Source: Adineta vaga (taxonomy: Eukaryota; Animalia; Rotifera). From it: a DNA stretch of 64,000 bases. The position numbers and the translations under genes are program-made. The first letter of the stretch is position 1. Each line of letters starts with the position of its first letter. Below, piece by piece: positions 1 through 13,400 of the stretch. The stretch spans positions 5,022,001 through 5,086,000 of the forward strand of contig CP075496.1 of NCBI GenBank assembly GCA_021613535.1, read 5' to 3'. The notes beneath the pieces are model-generated. The model made no database searches. It saw nothing but the letters and a program-made list of their open reading frames with translations, and was not told the origin of the DNA.

Positions 1-410
1 GTGCAAAAGGTAAATGACGATTTTTTACAATTAATTCCACAAGTTCTTGTTTTTCTGTACATGTGTGATTGGCAATATTTTTCGCTTGTAAATAGGATCT
101 TAAATGTTTCACTTTCAATGCTAATAGTTGTTCATCTGATGTTGAATCACTTGATATTAATTGACATATGAGACATATCCGATGTGGATGATTATAATGA
201 CGTTCACGTGGCGCACAATTTGTACAATAATATTGACGGCAGACTGCACAACTTTTCTAGAAAAAACAACGGATTTATTTTCGTAATAAGAATATAAAAG
301 ATGGAAAAGTATCAATTTACTTTTCGTTTTACTATCGTATATGTTGTATGACAATGATCACATTGATCATTGGAAGTTGTTGAATAGGATGATGTTGACG
401 AAGATGGCAT
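1..410 (-). CDS. RNF34: RNF34/RFFL (CARP)-like E3 ligase, 5' part; gene continues past the window start
   Basis: Manual translation (not in the ORF track). Exon 410-321 gives MPSS...CDHCHTTYTIVKRK. Exon 256-1 gives KSCAVCRQYYCTNC...RICLIC...LLALKVKHLRSYLQAKNIANHTCTEKQELVELI. This is a FYVE-like finger followed by the LKVKxLR/CxEKxELV segment typical of RNF34/RFFL. Confidence 0.8.
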
Positions 411-835
411 TATGTTTGATGAAGTTAAATAAGAAACAAAAATGCCGGATATGAATTTGAAAAAAACGAACTATGAATTGACGAATTTATCTTATCTGAA
501 TATGAATTTCTTTGAAGATTATTGAACAAGTCGATTATTCATAAAAGATTCTTTTTCTATATCGGTCAATCAATCAATCTGACATGTTGTTGTTGCTCCT
601 TTTTTTCTAACCAATCGATAAACATTCATATGATTAATTTCGAAGAATATTCTTGAAATTATTTTCAATGAAAAAAGAATTGAAACTTTTGTTATTGAAA
701 AATTATGATTTTATATTTAGGAAAACAAAATAATTGCAGCGACATCTATCATTTGTGTAGGTGAAGAAAGTAAATAAGTCGAGTTTTTAATCATTCAGAA
801 ATATAATCGTTTCGGCATTGATTTAGGAATTTCAA

Positions 836-1464
836 ATGGCAGCACGTGTTAAAGCTAAACAACCAGCGAAAAAGCGTCAACAACGCGCTACTTCGAATAT
901 ATTTGCGATGTTTGATCAATCGCAAATTCAGGAATTTAAAGAAGCTTTTAATATTATTGATCATGATCGCGTTCGTTTCGAAAATCTTTTTTTCTTTATT
1001 GTTTGTTTACTTATCAGCATCTTTTTTAGGATGGTTTTATTAGTGGCGATGATTTAAGAGATATGTTTGCTTCATTAGGTAAAGTCGTTCCCGATGCTGA
1101 AATCGAAGCTATGGTTCGTGAAGCACCAGGAGATATCAATTTTACAAGTAAATTTTATTTTATTTTTTTTCATGAATATATGATATTTGATCGTTGATTT
1201 CTAGTGTTTTTAACTATGTTCGGTGAAAAATTAACAGGTTCCGATCCGGAAGATGTTATTCGTAATGCTTTTCTAGCTTTGGATGAAGAACGTACCGGAA
1301 AGATTAGTGAAGATCGTCTACGTGAATTATTAATGACTATGGGTGATCGTTATACAGACGAAGAAGTTGATGCACTTTTTAAAGATGCTCCAATTAAAAA
1401 TGGAGAATTTGATTATCAAGAATTTGTTAAAATTCTTAAATATGGACGTAAAGATCAAGATTAG
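836..1464 (+). CDS. sqh: Myosin regulatory light chain (non-muscle/smooth type, sqh/MYL9/MYL12-like), 3 exons
   Basis: [30 protein letters not shown]|[17 protein letters not shown]...[24 protein letters not shown]-hands and the TS phosphorylation site are present. Introns about 971-1030 and 1148-1204. Confidence 0.95.
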
Positions 1465-1645
1465 AAAAAAGAAACAAAATTATTTCCTTCTAATGAACAG
1501 ATATATTTTATTTTTCTCCTAAATTATAATTCCTATTTGCTTTTTTATTATTATATTTGGCTGAATTTAATCAATCAATCAATCAATAGCATTCCATTTT
1601 AATGCAATGTATTTTTTTGTGATTTTTAGATCAGTAGAAAAAAAA

Positions 1646-4600
1646 ATGAGTGAAGCAGATTTTGATCAAGGTAATGATCTGAAACATGTTTTACTTTCTT
1701 TCATTGATATTGTTCATTTAGATTTTGGGTTCAATGAGGAAAACAAAGGAAAGAAAAATGTAAAATCAACAAAAAAGAATAAATCAGGTGGATTTCAAAC
1801 ATTCGGTAAGTTATTGAAAGAATAAAAACATACATTTAAAAGATGTTATTGATAAAGATTAATACTAAAGAAAAGCTATTAAACTAAGTGTTTATTTTGA
1901 CATTTAAAGATCAACAAAACAATTCTGATAGTTTTCTGTATCATAGGAGAAATATTTGATTAATAAATAAAACAGAATAAACTATAAGCAAATTGTGTTG
2001 GTTATTTTTCAGGATTATCAGCACCGATATTCAAAGCGATTATGAAACGTGGTTATAAAGTTCCAACACCAATTCAACGTAAAGTAAGCTATGGGAATAT
2101 ATGTTGAATTCATATGGTTAATTTTTAAATAATTATATAGACAATTCCTGTGATTCTAAAAAATAAGGATGTAGTTGCTATGGCACGAACTGGAAGTGGT
2201 AAAACAGCTGCATTTCTTATTCCAATGTTTGAAAAATTGAAAGGTCATGATCCAAATTCTGGTCCACGTGCATTAATTCTTTCACCAACTCGTGAATTAG
2301 CTTTACAAACACTGAAATTTACTCAACAAGTAAAGAAAAAGCATTCTTGTCTAATCGAACACTTATAAAAGCGTAATTTTTTAGCTTGGAAAACTAACTG
2401 ATCTCATTCCAACAGCTATTCTTGGTGGTGAACGGTAAATAAATATGTTTCAACTAAGCTTTATCTTCTCTCTCATCTATCATTTAGAATCGAAGAACAA
2501 TTTAGTAATTTACATGCTCATCCCGATATGTATGTCGCTATATTTTTCATTTTATTTTTAAAAACTAAATTTCCTTTAGAATCATCGCTACACCGGGTCG
2601 TTTCATGCATTTATGTATTGAAATGGATTTGAAATTAAATGATGTGAAATATGTTGTATTTGATGAAGCAGATCGGTAAATGAATTTTTTTTCTCTTCCT
2701 ATTAAGATATTTATATCTTTATATGAAATTTAGTTTGTTTGAAATGGGTTTTCAAGAACAATTAAATGATATAATCAAACGTTTACCATCTCAACGTCAA
2801 ACATTATTATTTTCTGCAACATTATCAAAAATTCTTGCTGAATTTGCTAAAGCTGGTCTCTATGAACCGGAATTGATTCGTCTTGATATTGAAATGAAAT
2901 TGAATGAAAATTTAAAATTACTTTTCTTTCATTTACGACATGATGATAAAACGGCTTTACTTCTTTATCTTCTTCGTACAATTATTCCTGTTGATCAACA
3001 GATTGTTGTCTTTGTTGGTACACGTCATCATTGTGAATATCTCAAAGAATTACTTGAACAACAACAACAACAGGATCTCTTTTCAGCTGTTACGATTTAT
3101 TCCACACTTGATCATTCAACACGAAAAATAAATTTATCAAGATATCAATCTGGTAAAGCAAGAGTTTTAATTGTTACAGATATTGCAGCGAGAGGCATTG
3201 ATATTCCATCGTTGGATAATGTAATTAATTATCATTTTCCAGGAACATCGAAATTATTTCTTCATCGTGTTGGACGTGTTGCACGTGCTGGACGAACGGG
3301 TACTGCCTATTCATTGATTTCGACAGATGAACTATCATATTTATTCGATGTTCAAGAATTTATTGGTAAATCAATTAATTATACGAAATCAAATGAAGAT
3401 ACTGATGATTATCATTTATTATTTGGTAATGTTCCACAAACAATCATTGATGAAGAATCTGAAACCATTCGAAAAATATCCGAAACAAATGTTGATTTAC
3501 TAAATTTATTTCAAGTTCAACAAAATGCATATCAACATTATATTCGATCACGACCAGCCTCAACTTATGCATCTGTTAAACAAATGAAACAATATCATAA
3601 TCAAATTACTAATATGGGTATGCATCCAATATTTAGAAATAGTTATACAGCTGATGATTTCACACCAAATGCATTGATTCAACAATTAAGATCGTTCCGA
3701 GCAAAAAGTGTGAGTATTGAAAAAAGATAAATAGGAAAAGATTTCTTCATTAGGTTTTCGTTATATAGACCATTTTTGAAGTAAATCCATCTTCAAGTAA
3801 TTCAGCATGTGCAATGATGAAACGTAAACGAGCTCATGATGAAAAATCGATTCTTAAACATGAGAAAAAAGATCAATCAATTCAAGACGGCAGTGGTGAT
3901 GATGATCGAGGGAAAACACTTGAAGTAAGTTTATCATCGAAATGAATTCAAACACATTGAATATCTTCTAGGTAGATAATATGACAATAACTATTCGAAA
4001 TAATGATGAAACTGGTGATGATGAGACGGAATTAGTACGAAAAAAGAAGAAAAAGAATCGACGTGAAGTTGATAAAGAATTCTTTATTCCATATCAACCA
4101 CCTGATTTTAAACGAGAACGAGGGTATAATTGACTTATGAGATAATTTATGGAAAATGATTGATTTGATTTTTCTAGATTAGAAATTCAATCGTTTGAAC
4201 ATCAAACCAATGATGCAGTCATGGATTTAGCGAATGATGATGGTACACAAATAAAAGGTCCAACTATACAAAAGACTAAATGGTTCTTAAATTTATCAAT
4301 TCATATCAACTTCTTTTTACATAAATATTTCCTATTTTAGGGATCGAAAGAAGAAGAAATTTGTTACTGTTGGTCAAACAGATGCAAAAACTAAAAAGAT
4401 AAAAACAGAAAGTGGTCAATGGATTCAAGCATCGTACAAAACAGATGTGTATGTTTAACTGTCTTCACTATTCATATGATATTATAAACATAAATTTTCA
4501 ATTGATTTGCTTTTAGTTACAAGAAATGGTTGAATAAATCCAAAATAATGGATAAAGAATTACCCGATAGTCGTCGAAAGAAATCTGAAGATCATGTTCA

Positions 4601-4974
4601 TGCCGATGAAATATCCAGTGCACAACATAAACCACGTATGTTACGACATATGTTTATTCTTTTTTTTCTCTAAATTGTTTAATGATTTAGAACAATTTCA
4701 ACAACGTGTTAAACAATTAATGAATCGACAAAAGACACAATTGAAAGAGAAAGGTCAACGTATGCCTAGTCATTCGGAATTGAAAAAACCGGAGCAAATT
4801 GTTAAGAAACGTGTTGAGAAACGTCAAAGACTTTCACTTCAACGTGCTCGTCAAGCACGTAAAGGTGGTCGAACGAATTATCGAAATAAACGTCATAGTA
4901 ATAAATCCAAACATGCTCGACATCCAACATCTTCAAATACAAATCAATCATCAAAAAGAACGAATAAAAGATAA
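1646..4974 (+). CDS. DDX54: DEAD-box RNA helicase DDX54/Dbp10, multi-exon
   Basis: [37 protein letters not shown]|[21 protein letters not shown] and the C-terminal [24 protein letters not shown] motifs. Confidence 0.95.
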
Positions 4975-5216
4975 ATCTTCTTGTTTTTTGTTTTTCTGTT
5001 TTGTTATAAAAGAAAAAATCATACACGAAATATCACTTCAAGACTCCATCTATCAAAAAAATGACTTCCTATTGGCCATTGAGTAAATAGTCGCATTTTA
5101 CATTTTACAGATAGATAGAGAAGTGAAGAAATTAGATCGATTGATATCAACGAACTTGTTCTAGATAAAAATCTTTTTTTCTTCGTTTTAGATTGATTTT
5201 ATACCAGAGTTTCAAA

Positions 5217-7360
5217 ATGACAAGTGAAAATCAAGTTGAAAATATTCCGACAATTGAAATAACAGAAACTAATCATAAACCTGATGATGAGCAAGAACCA
5301 ACAGTATTAACCAACAATCCAGTTGAAGAATCAGTTGTTCAAAAAACAGAAGCCGACGAAGGAGAAGAAGTTCACAAACCGAAACGTGGTGGAAGAAAAA
5401 AACGAGAGATAACAGCTGTATCGGATGTCAAAGCAGAGCATTTAAACAATGAACAAGAAACTGATACTCAACCGCTTTTTGAACAACCAGTTATACTCGA
5501 AGGAAAACGTTCACGTAAACCAACATCACGTCTTGAATTATCGGACTTAGAAACGCCAAAAAAAGAATTTTCAATTCCTCAGGTAAATTGCTTCAAAATT
5601 AAAGCTGAGAATTTCAATAATAAATGTATGCAGACTTTTAATCATCTTTATCATGTTGAATATCACGTTAGACATCTGAACTTCGGTACTTTCCTATTTC
5701 GAATAGATATTCTTGTAACTATATCATTCTTTTTTCGTAACAATTAGTTAATTACACAAGTACTCCTAGTATCACGTCTGCATTGACTTTGATTATTAAT
5801 TATTCTTTCTTTTTCTTTCAGGGGCGTGGGAAACCATTAGGAGAAATTGCATATAGTATGTGAATAGTCTCATTTTTGTTGTTGTTATAAAATCATCTTA
5901 TTTAACATTAATATTATTTAGTTAATCATCAACTAACTTATGCATCAACTGACGCTTTGTCTCACATACGTAATGTATGTTTTGGTCGACGAGGGGTAAA
6001 TACAAATAACTGAAGTATTCACAAAGAACTCCTATATTCGTTTTTTGCTATTCAGAGTAAGACAAATATTCAACAAACTCTTCGAGAATTCAATGGATTT
6101 GAATTTGACAAAGATAGTGACGAATATCAACGACATTTAAATAATATAAACAAGTAAATTTAATGATTTGTTCAAATTAGAATGATTTATTTGAATTTGT
6201 GTTGGCTTCTTTAGGTTGAAAAAAGATCAATTACAATCGATGTCAGAAATACTTGGTTTACCTACAGCTGGTTCTCATAATGAAAATGCCGAACGAATTT
6301 TAGTCTTTTTAATGAATCCAATTGACGAAGGAAAACCAATTCCAGAAAGAAAAACGTCCATGCGAGTAGCAAAAACTTCTCGTATTTATTCAAAAGAATC
6401 AATTCATTCAGATGAAGATGAAAATGACGTAAATAGTACTAATGAACACTAATGATTGATCTATTGATTGCTTTTTAGAATGGTGATGGTGATGATGATG
6501 ATGATGATGATGCTGATGTTCTTTTTAATGAAGACGATGAAGAAGGAAATGAATCTGACGATGATTACATTGGAAGTGATGAAGAGAGTGGTATGATTAC
6601 AAAAGATGATCCTGATGATTTTGCATATCAACCAGGAAAGAAAACTCCAAAGAAAAGAACATCACTTAAACGATCACGAAGTGGAAGTTCACAAAAACGC
6701 AAACGAGGTTAGTTTAATGTCAACACTTACGCTTTGAAATTCTAAATCCGTATCTCGAGAAATCGGAAACATCTGCTCTACAATTATTTTACGTGTAAAA
6801 AATAGGGTAATTCTATACTGAGGCCGAAAGAATAGGAACTTTTGATCATGTCAACGAATCGGGATAGTATTCTAAGTTGTAGAGTAAATTCAAGTGAATT
6901 TCTAGCTATTGAATAATTTGACTGTTACACATGTTCTTTAATCCCTTTGTTTCTTTTTCTAGCTTCTCCGAGAACAACAAAACGTGGTCGTAAAAGAACT
7001 AAAGTAACACCTGTTTCCAAAGTTGAGAATGAAGATTTGGTTAGCGCTGTTGCTGCTGCTGATGATGATGATCAACCAATGCAAACGAATGACGAAGAAA
7101 CTGTCAAAACAAAAGAAGAAAATTCCTCTATTGAACCTCAAGTTTGTTACATAAAAACATTATCTTTCATCAAAAACCTTTCACTTTGTAGAATAATGAT
7201 GTAATTCTCAATCAATCCGAACAAAATGACTCATCAACAACAACAACAACAACAACAACAAATGATCCTACGTTAGATATAAATGTACGCAACTCATCTT
7301 TCTCTTCTCGTTCATTTTATTCTATTTTCTTCTCTTCAGGTAATTTCAACGACAAGTTAA
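5217..7360 (+). CDS. DEK: DEK-like chromatin protein
   Basis: ILEGKRSRKPTSRL...SIPQ|GRGKPLGEI...CFGRRG...LREFNGFEF, then a SAP-like segment (LQSMSEILGL...RILVFLMNP) and an acidic tract. Last exon VISTTS* ends at 7360. Confidence 0.8.
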
Positions 7361-7883
7361 ACAAGCACATATTGTATGTTAATGTATTACACGTTAACTT
7401 CTTCCTAATACATTTGTTTCTTGTGTGATATGTTCTCAGTTGTTCCGACTAACCTTTATATATGTATATATGTCTATGTACTATTTTCTAGTAGTGATTG
7501 TGTTTTTGTGTTGAAAACAAACGATATAACTATGCGTGAAGATATCATTTGTTTCTATTTAGTATATTAGTTTGCTTGTTTCATTGTTTTTTGTGTTTTA
7601 GTACGGATTTTCTGATCCGAAAAACAAGAGATATTCTTCTTGATTCAGTCTACTATTATTTTTTTCTTTGAACATATATGTTGATTCTAAGCATAGCCAA
7701 GCACATGTAAACTGTTGATTGTTTCCTTTCTGTATGTCATTTCTAACAGTATTCTTGTGAATGTCTGTTTTTTTTTGAAAGAAGAAAACAATATATATAG
7801 GTACAAGAAAGACTTAGTTTTTATGTTGAAAAATTTTGTCATTTGTTTTCTCTTTTTGTATTTTCGATGATAAAGTAAGAAGA

Positions 7884-9377
7884 ATGGTCGAAGAAAGAGT
7901 GAAGTTATGTGATGATTATGTATTTCAATGTTCGATTTGTTGTAATGATATTAATGATCAAAAGAATGTTTATCAAATTGAATTATGCCATTGTCAATTT
8001 TGTAAAGAGGTATTCCAATTTTAATTATTTAATCTATTCATTTAATTATTTCTTGTTTCTAGTGTGTTCGTCAGTATTGTTCCAGTCAAATAAATACCGC
8101 GTAAGATGATAAAATTGTATTCTTAAGAATAGAATCCTTATTTGTATGTTTGTTTTTGTGTTTAGATCAGTACCAATTAGATGTCCGAACAGTGAGTGTG
8201 ATAAACAGTTTACATTAAATGAGGTATGAAATTTCAAACAAACATTTATTTGAAAAAAATTAAGAATAATTCTATTATTAGCTCCATGCTATTCTAACCG
8301 ATGCACAATATCAATTGTATACTAAATTCTTACTTGATCATGGTATTTTACTATTTGATCTTCTCTCGAAAAGATTCATTCATATTTTTTCTGTTCACCA
8401 AATTTATTTAGAAGTAACGAATGATCCTCAGCGTCTTTTTTGTCCACATGTTGATTGTGGTCATATATTATCCATAATCGATGAAAGAAAAGTCAATAAA
8501 GAACATCCAATGACTTGTACAAAAGTAAATTGAAAAATTCATTTTCTTGTAGAAAATTTTTGAATCGATTACTTTTACATAGTGTCAAACAACATTTTGT
8601 ATGAAATGTCGTTGTCGATGGCATCCAGATGAACATTGTTCTGATTTACTGTAATGATTTGAATAGTTAAAAAGAACATGTATGTGTAGATTTCATTTTT
8701 TTAGTACACCATATGAAATGGAACCTGATTCTAATATAAAACGTTGTCCACGATGTCGTTTTCCATTAGAATGGATAGCTGGTTGTGCACAGATCATGTG
8801 CGTCAATTGTAAACATATTTTCTGTTGGTACTGTTTAAAATCTCTTGATGTAATTATTGAAAATATATTCGTTCTCTTTGGTGAAATATAGCAATTTTCT
8901 TTGTTTAGAATGATTTCTTCTTATTACACTTCGAACGTGGGCCTTGTCGAAATCGGTGAGAGAACATTTCTATATTCTTTTCATAAATATTCTTATTTTT
9001 CGATTTCTAGACTTGGGCATTCACGTGCATCATTATTTCTTCATCGTTTAACAATTGTTGGTATTTTTATTGGTTTAACTCTTTTATTTCTTATCACTAT
9101 ACCATTCCTAATCTTAGCTGCACCTTGTTTATTATGTTGTCGTTATAAACAAATTAAAAATCGCCTGAAAAATCTAACGAAATTCGGACAACGTTTTCAA
9201 CAACAGCAGTATACTCCTACAACGCATCCTTCACCATCGTCTTCATTAAATCAATTGAATAGTTCATCATTAATTGACATCGAACAAGAATTAAATAAAA
9301 CTGTTCATAATCCATTATTATCATCTTCATCAACAATCAATCTCAATAAATCCAAAACTGAACTTGCATCCGTTTAA
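7884..9377 (+). CDS. RNF144: RBR (RING-IBR-RING) E3 ubiquitin ligase, RNF144-like, with C-terminal transmembrane segment
   Basis: CSICC..CHCQFC, LFCPHVDC, FCMKCRCRWH, IKRCPRC...GCAQIMCVNCKHIFCWYCL, HF..GPC.NRLGHSRAS, then a hydrophobic helix and AAPCLLCC. Confidence 0.9.
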
Positions 9378-9619
9378 TGTATAGCGATGATCCTTTTTTT
9401 ATATTCCTTCGTCTTTTTTTACATGTTCTCTGTCGATTGTGAATTCTTTTCTAAACAGTAACTATTCATTCTCGTCTTTGTTGTAAAGCAAAAAGTATTC
9501 AACTTTCTTTTTTGTATTAAATTAAAATAAAATGTCCGCAGATAGATGTTATCTATTGAAATTAAGAGACAAACAAAAATCGACGAAAAGAAAGTATAAA
9601 AAAATTTGAAAAGAAACTA

Positions 9620-9937
9620 TTAACTTTGTAATTGACGGACAAAATTTACATATTCTTGTTGAGCAGCTTCTTGACTTTTGCCTTTATTATTATTCCAAGC
9701 TTCCCATTTAGCTTTACCTTTAATATCAAGCATACCAGGTTTACCACTATTATTATCACCAGTAGTTGCTTCTAAAAAAGCATTCATCACAAGAAACGTT
9801 CGAATAGATGAAACATTGTTTTTGTTTTTTCACTTACGTTTGTAAAGACCATAAAGTTTTAATAATTGGTCATCTGATGGTTTTTTGCTAAGATTTTTTA
9901 CATCAGCAGCAGCTTGATTGAATTCAGCTTGTGACAT
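9620..9937 (-). CDS. DBI: Acyl-CoA-binding protein (ACBP/DBI), 2 exons
   Basis: Manual translation: MSQAEFNQAAADVKNLSKKPSDDQLLKLYGLYK|.ATTGDNNSGKPGMLDIKGKAKWEAWNNNKGKSQEAAQQEYVNFVRQLQS*. Intron about 9772-9837. Confidence 0.95.
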
Positions 9938-9996
9938 TTTTGATAATATGAAATAATGAAGAGGAATTATACATGAAATACAAAACGAAAAGCAAA

Positions 9997-10004
9997 TTTA
10001 TATA
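9997..10004 (-). promoter_or_regulatory. Probable TATA box of the ACBP gene
   Basis: GGCTATATAAA on the minus strand about 60 nt upstream of the ACBP ATG, with no splice acceptor between it and the ATG. Confidence 0.45.
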
Positions 10005-10455
10005 GCCACAAGAAGTAACATGAGATAAGATATCTGCTAACAGCAACTAAACAAACCAACTTATTGTCTTATCATCGTCGATTCTTTTGTTGCTATGACT
10101 TTAGAGGTAAGTAATCGACGTTAACAACTGTGTAATAAGAACGAACGATGTCGTCTGATATACGTTTATCAAAGTGAAGAAAGAAGAAGTGGCTTTCTTA
10201 TGAAAATATTTACTTAAATCAGATGATATTAGAATTACAAGTTCATCGAAGGACGTACTTATTTGGTTTTTATCAAAAATAATGAATTACAGAGAAAACA
10301 AAAGGAACTTTATTTGTATTCAGATAATAAACAAAACGATATTCACTGATATAGTGATTAAAGAAAGACATCACCGAGTACATTAAATGAAATCAAAACC
10401 TTATTTAAACATGAAAAAAAAAGATCTTAGAAGAATATATATATATATATGTTAA

Positions 10456-13400
10456 TTAATAGTCTGTCTTAAGCATTTGTCGTAGTTGATTTTTCACATT
10501 TTCATGTTGGATACACTAAAGAAAAAAACCGAATTCTCAGAAAATTTTATTTTCGTATGAAAACGAAGTGAATAGAATTTTTACTCATTTACTTACTATA
10601 TCTTCATTAGCAGCCATCTAGAATAAAAGAAAAAAACAAGCACGTAAAGCAAGAAGTTCGAACAAGAGTAAAGGGAAGATGAGCAAAGCAGAGACGAATC
10701 TATAGGAAACTTACGATAGAACATTTATTTATAGTAATAATAATAATCATGATTACACTATAGTTTGATGATATGTTTTCAAATATTAGTTTGTTAATAC
10801 ACACAAATATAACTTACTCGAAGATGCATATATAATCGACGACGACGTGATCGTGAAGTAGTTTCATCACGTAATAAATCACCTGTTGCTTCAGGAGGTT
10901 CAATATCAAGTTCGCGATATCCAAATTTTAGTACATGCCGTGGTAGTGGTCTAAAAGTATTTTCATGAAGAACAACAACGTTTCTTAAAATAAGAATACA
11001 CTCACAATCGAACACCTTGAACCGATGGTAGAATTTTCTTTTTATGCTCATCTCGATGTTGTTGGTGTAACGCTAGTAGATGATTTGGTGCTGTATAATC
11101 AAAAAAACTTGATGAATGTTCATCATCAAATGATGGTACCAATAGTTTTTGATGACTGGATTTAACAGATACATTTTCTGATGTTGATGTTTCCTCCTAA
11201 ATATGTAATGATAGATATTTGAGAACAATCACAATTTATATTAATTACTTGTTTAGCACCAATAATTGATGCAATTTGTTGCATCACAGGATCATTCCAT
11301 ATGACTGAAATCAATTCTGGTGGTACACGTGAACGAAGAAGTGGTTTAAATTTTGGATATGTTCGACCAATTTGTTGTATACAATGATGAGGATCTGATG
11401 TACCTTGAGATTTTAGTACTAGAAAAGACATATGAAATCGATAGACGTGTGCAAATCTGCGACTAGTAGAATATTTACATTCTTCAAGAACCATTGCATG
11501 AGTTACTTTACGATGTTCAGATGTATCTGTTATTGTCGGAGGTGGATGAGAGCTATTAGTAGGATCATGTCGAGATCTTCTATGTTCACGATCTGTTTTG
11601 AGTAAACTAGATAGGGCATCTTCCATATCGTTTACTTTTCGAAGATTAATACCTAAAAATATATTGTCTCATGTTAAAATTACTTCATCTAATTCATAGG
11701 AATTAAAACTGATCATAAAATTCAGTAGATATAACTACTAACCTTCTCTTAATGCTCTTGTTTGTGCATCGGATCTTATTCTTGCAATTTCAGATGCTGA
11801 TCGTCTGCGTGTATGAATAGATGGTAATTTAAGTGACGTCGAAGAACTTGTTTGTTGTGGATCTGTCAATGAATGAAGTTGTACTTGTGAAATTGTTAGT
11901 GGATTGTCAAAATTATCTAATGAAGTTGCATTCGATGAAAATGGTCCTGGAATTAATCTTTCATGTTTTCTATGAAGTTGTATACCACGAATCATAAGTG
12001 ATGACAATAACTGAACAAATTCCACCTCATGAAGATGACGTTTATTACGATTATAATCCGATAGATGCATAGTATTCGCTGTTGTTGTTGGAGGTGGTGG
12101 TGGTGGTTGATTACGAAAATTTCTATCAAGAGTAATATGTAATTGATCACCAAATATATCACCAAGTGTTATTTTATGAGGAACTAATACAGGACGTTTT
12201 GGTATCATACGATAATAACCATCACGACGTTTATGATCATCAATAATTGATTGAATAGGATCTGTTGTTTGCTCTGTATTGATTGGTAAATGAGAGTTGT
12301 TTTCTTCATCATTGTCTAAAAAAATGGAAGATAGTAAAACAAAGACGATGAAAGAAATACGTTACTAACTATTTTGTTTGCCATACGAATCCCACATATC
12401 TGTATTATTTGGTAAAAGTAAAAATCTAGCATAGAAACAATCGAATAGAAATAACAGAAATACTATTAAATTATGCATACCGTCTATCGGGTGATGAATC
12501 TGAACCGATGGTTTTAATTGGAATTCGATTATGTTGATCAGTTGAGCCAACTGATTGTTTTCGTGAACGAGACGAACGTACAGGTTGTGATAGATCTCTT
12601 CGACCACGTGGTACGTGTTGGGATGGTTTAGTTTTATCATGGATTTCAACACGAATTCCCGGTTCTATCGAAGGTTTTATTTTTGGTAATACGTTCAGCT
12701 GAGTATGTGAATCGTCATATGTATCTGGTGATGGAGAACGAGAACGAACGAATGTTATAATATCATCTATTTCAGTGATTTGCTCATTGTTCGGTGGTGG
12801 ATATTTAGAATCATCAATAAACACATTTGATCGTTCTTGCTCATCTTCATCTGTTGGAATATTTTTGTCTTGATCTTGATGCTCTTCTTCGTCCTCCTTA
12901 ACTTTTTCTTTTTCTTCTTCTTCTTGTTTTTCATCCACTGGTGTAAGTAGTTGTTCATCCTTTGTTGTCGATTTGGTTTCAATAGCTGTTGCATATCGTC
13001 GATTCTTTTCTTCCAAATAATTCTTTAGAGTAAAACCTTCTTCTGGTAATGTCTAGTAAATGAATCATTCATTACAGTCAAAAGAAAAAGAATTCTTCGG
13101 AAAATTCACCTGTAAATATGGAATATCATCAGCACAATCTTTTAAAACAGTATCCGATGTAATACCAGTTAATTTTTTTAATGTATCACAACATTCAGTA
13201 CGAACGAGAACCTATAAGATCAAAATCGATATCTATACACGAATAAAAATAAAACATACTCGAGAATCATTTACAAATGATTGAAGTAGTGCAATATCAA
13301 TCGCTTTTGTTTCTTGACCAAGTTCGCCTAATACCGACGCTGCTCGTAACCGATAATCAGCATCGACATGCGATAGAAGTGATATAATACCATCAGCTAC

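Noticed and set aside
1646-4974. Minor (U12) introns in DDX54, also sought in MYO1D
   Set aside because: All donors read as ordinary U2-type; no RTATCCTT donors found.
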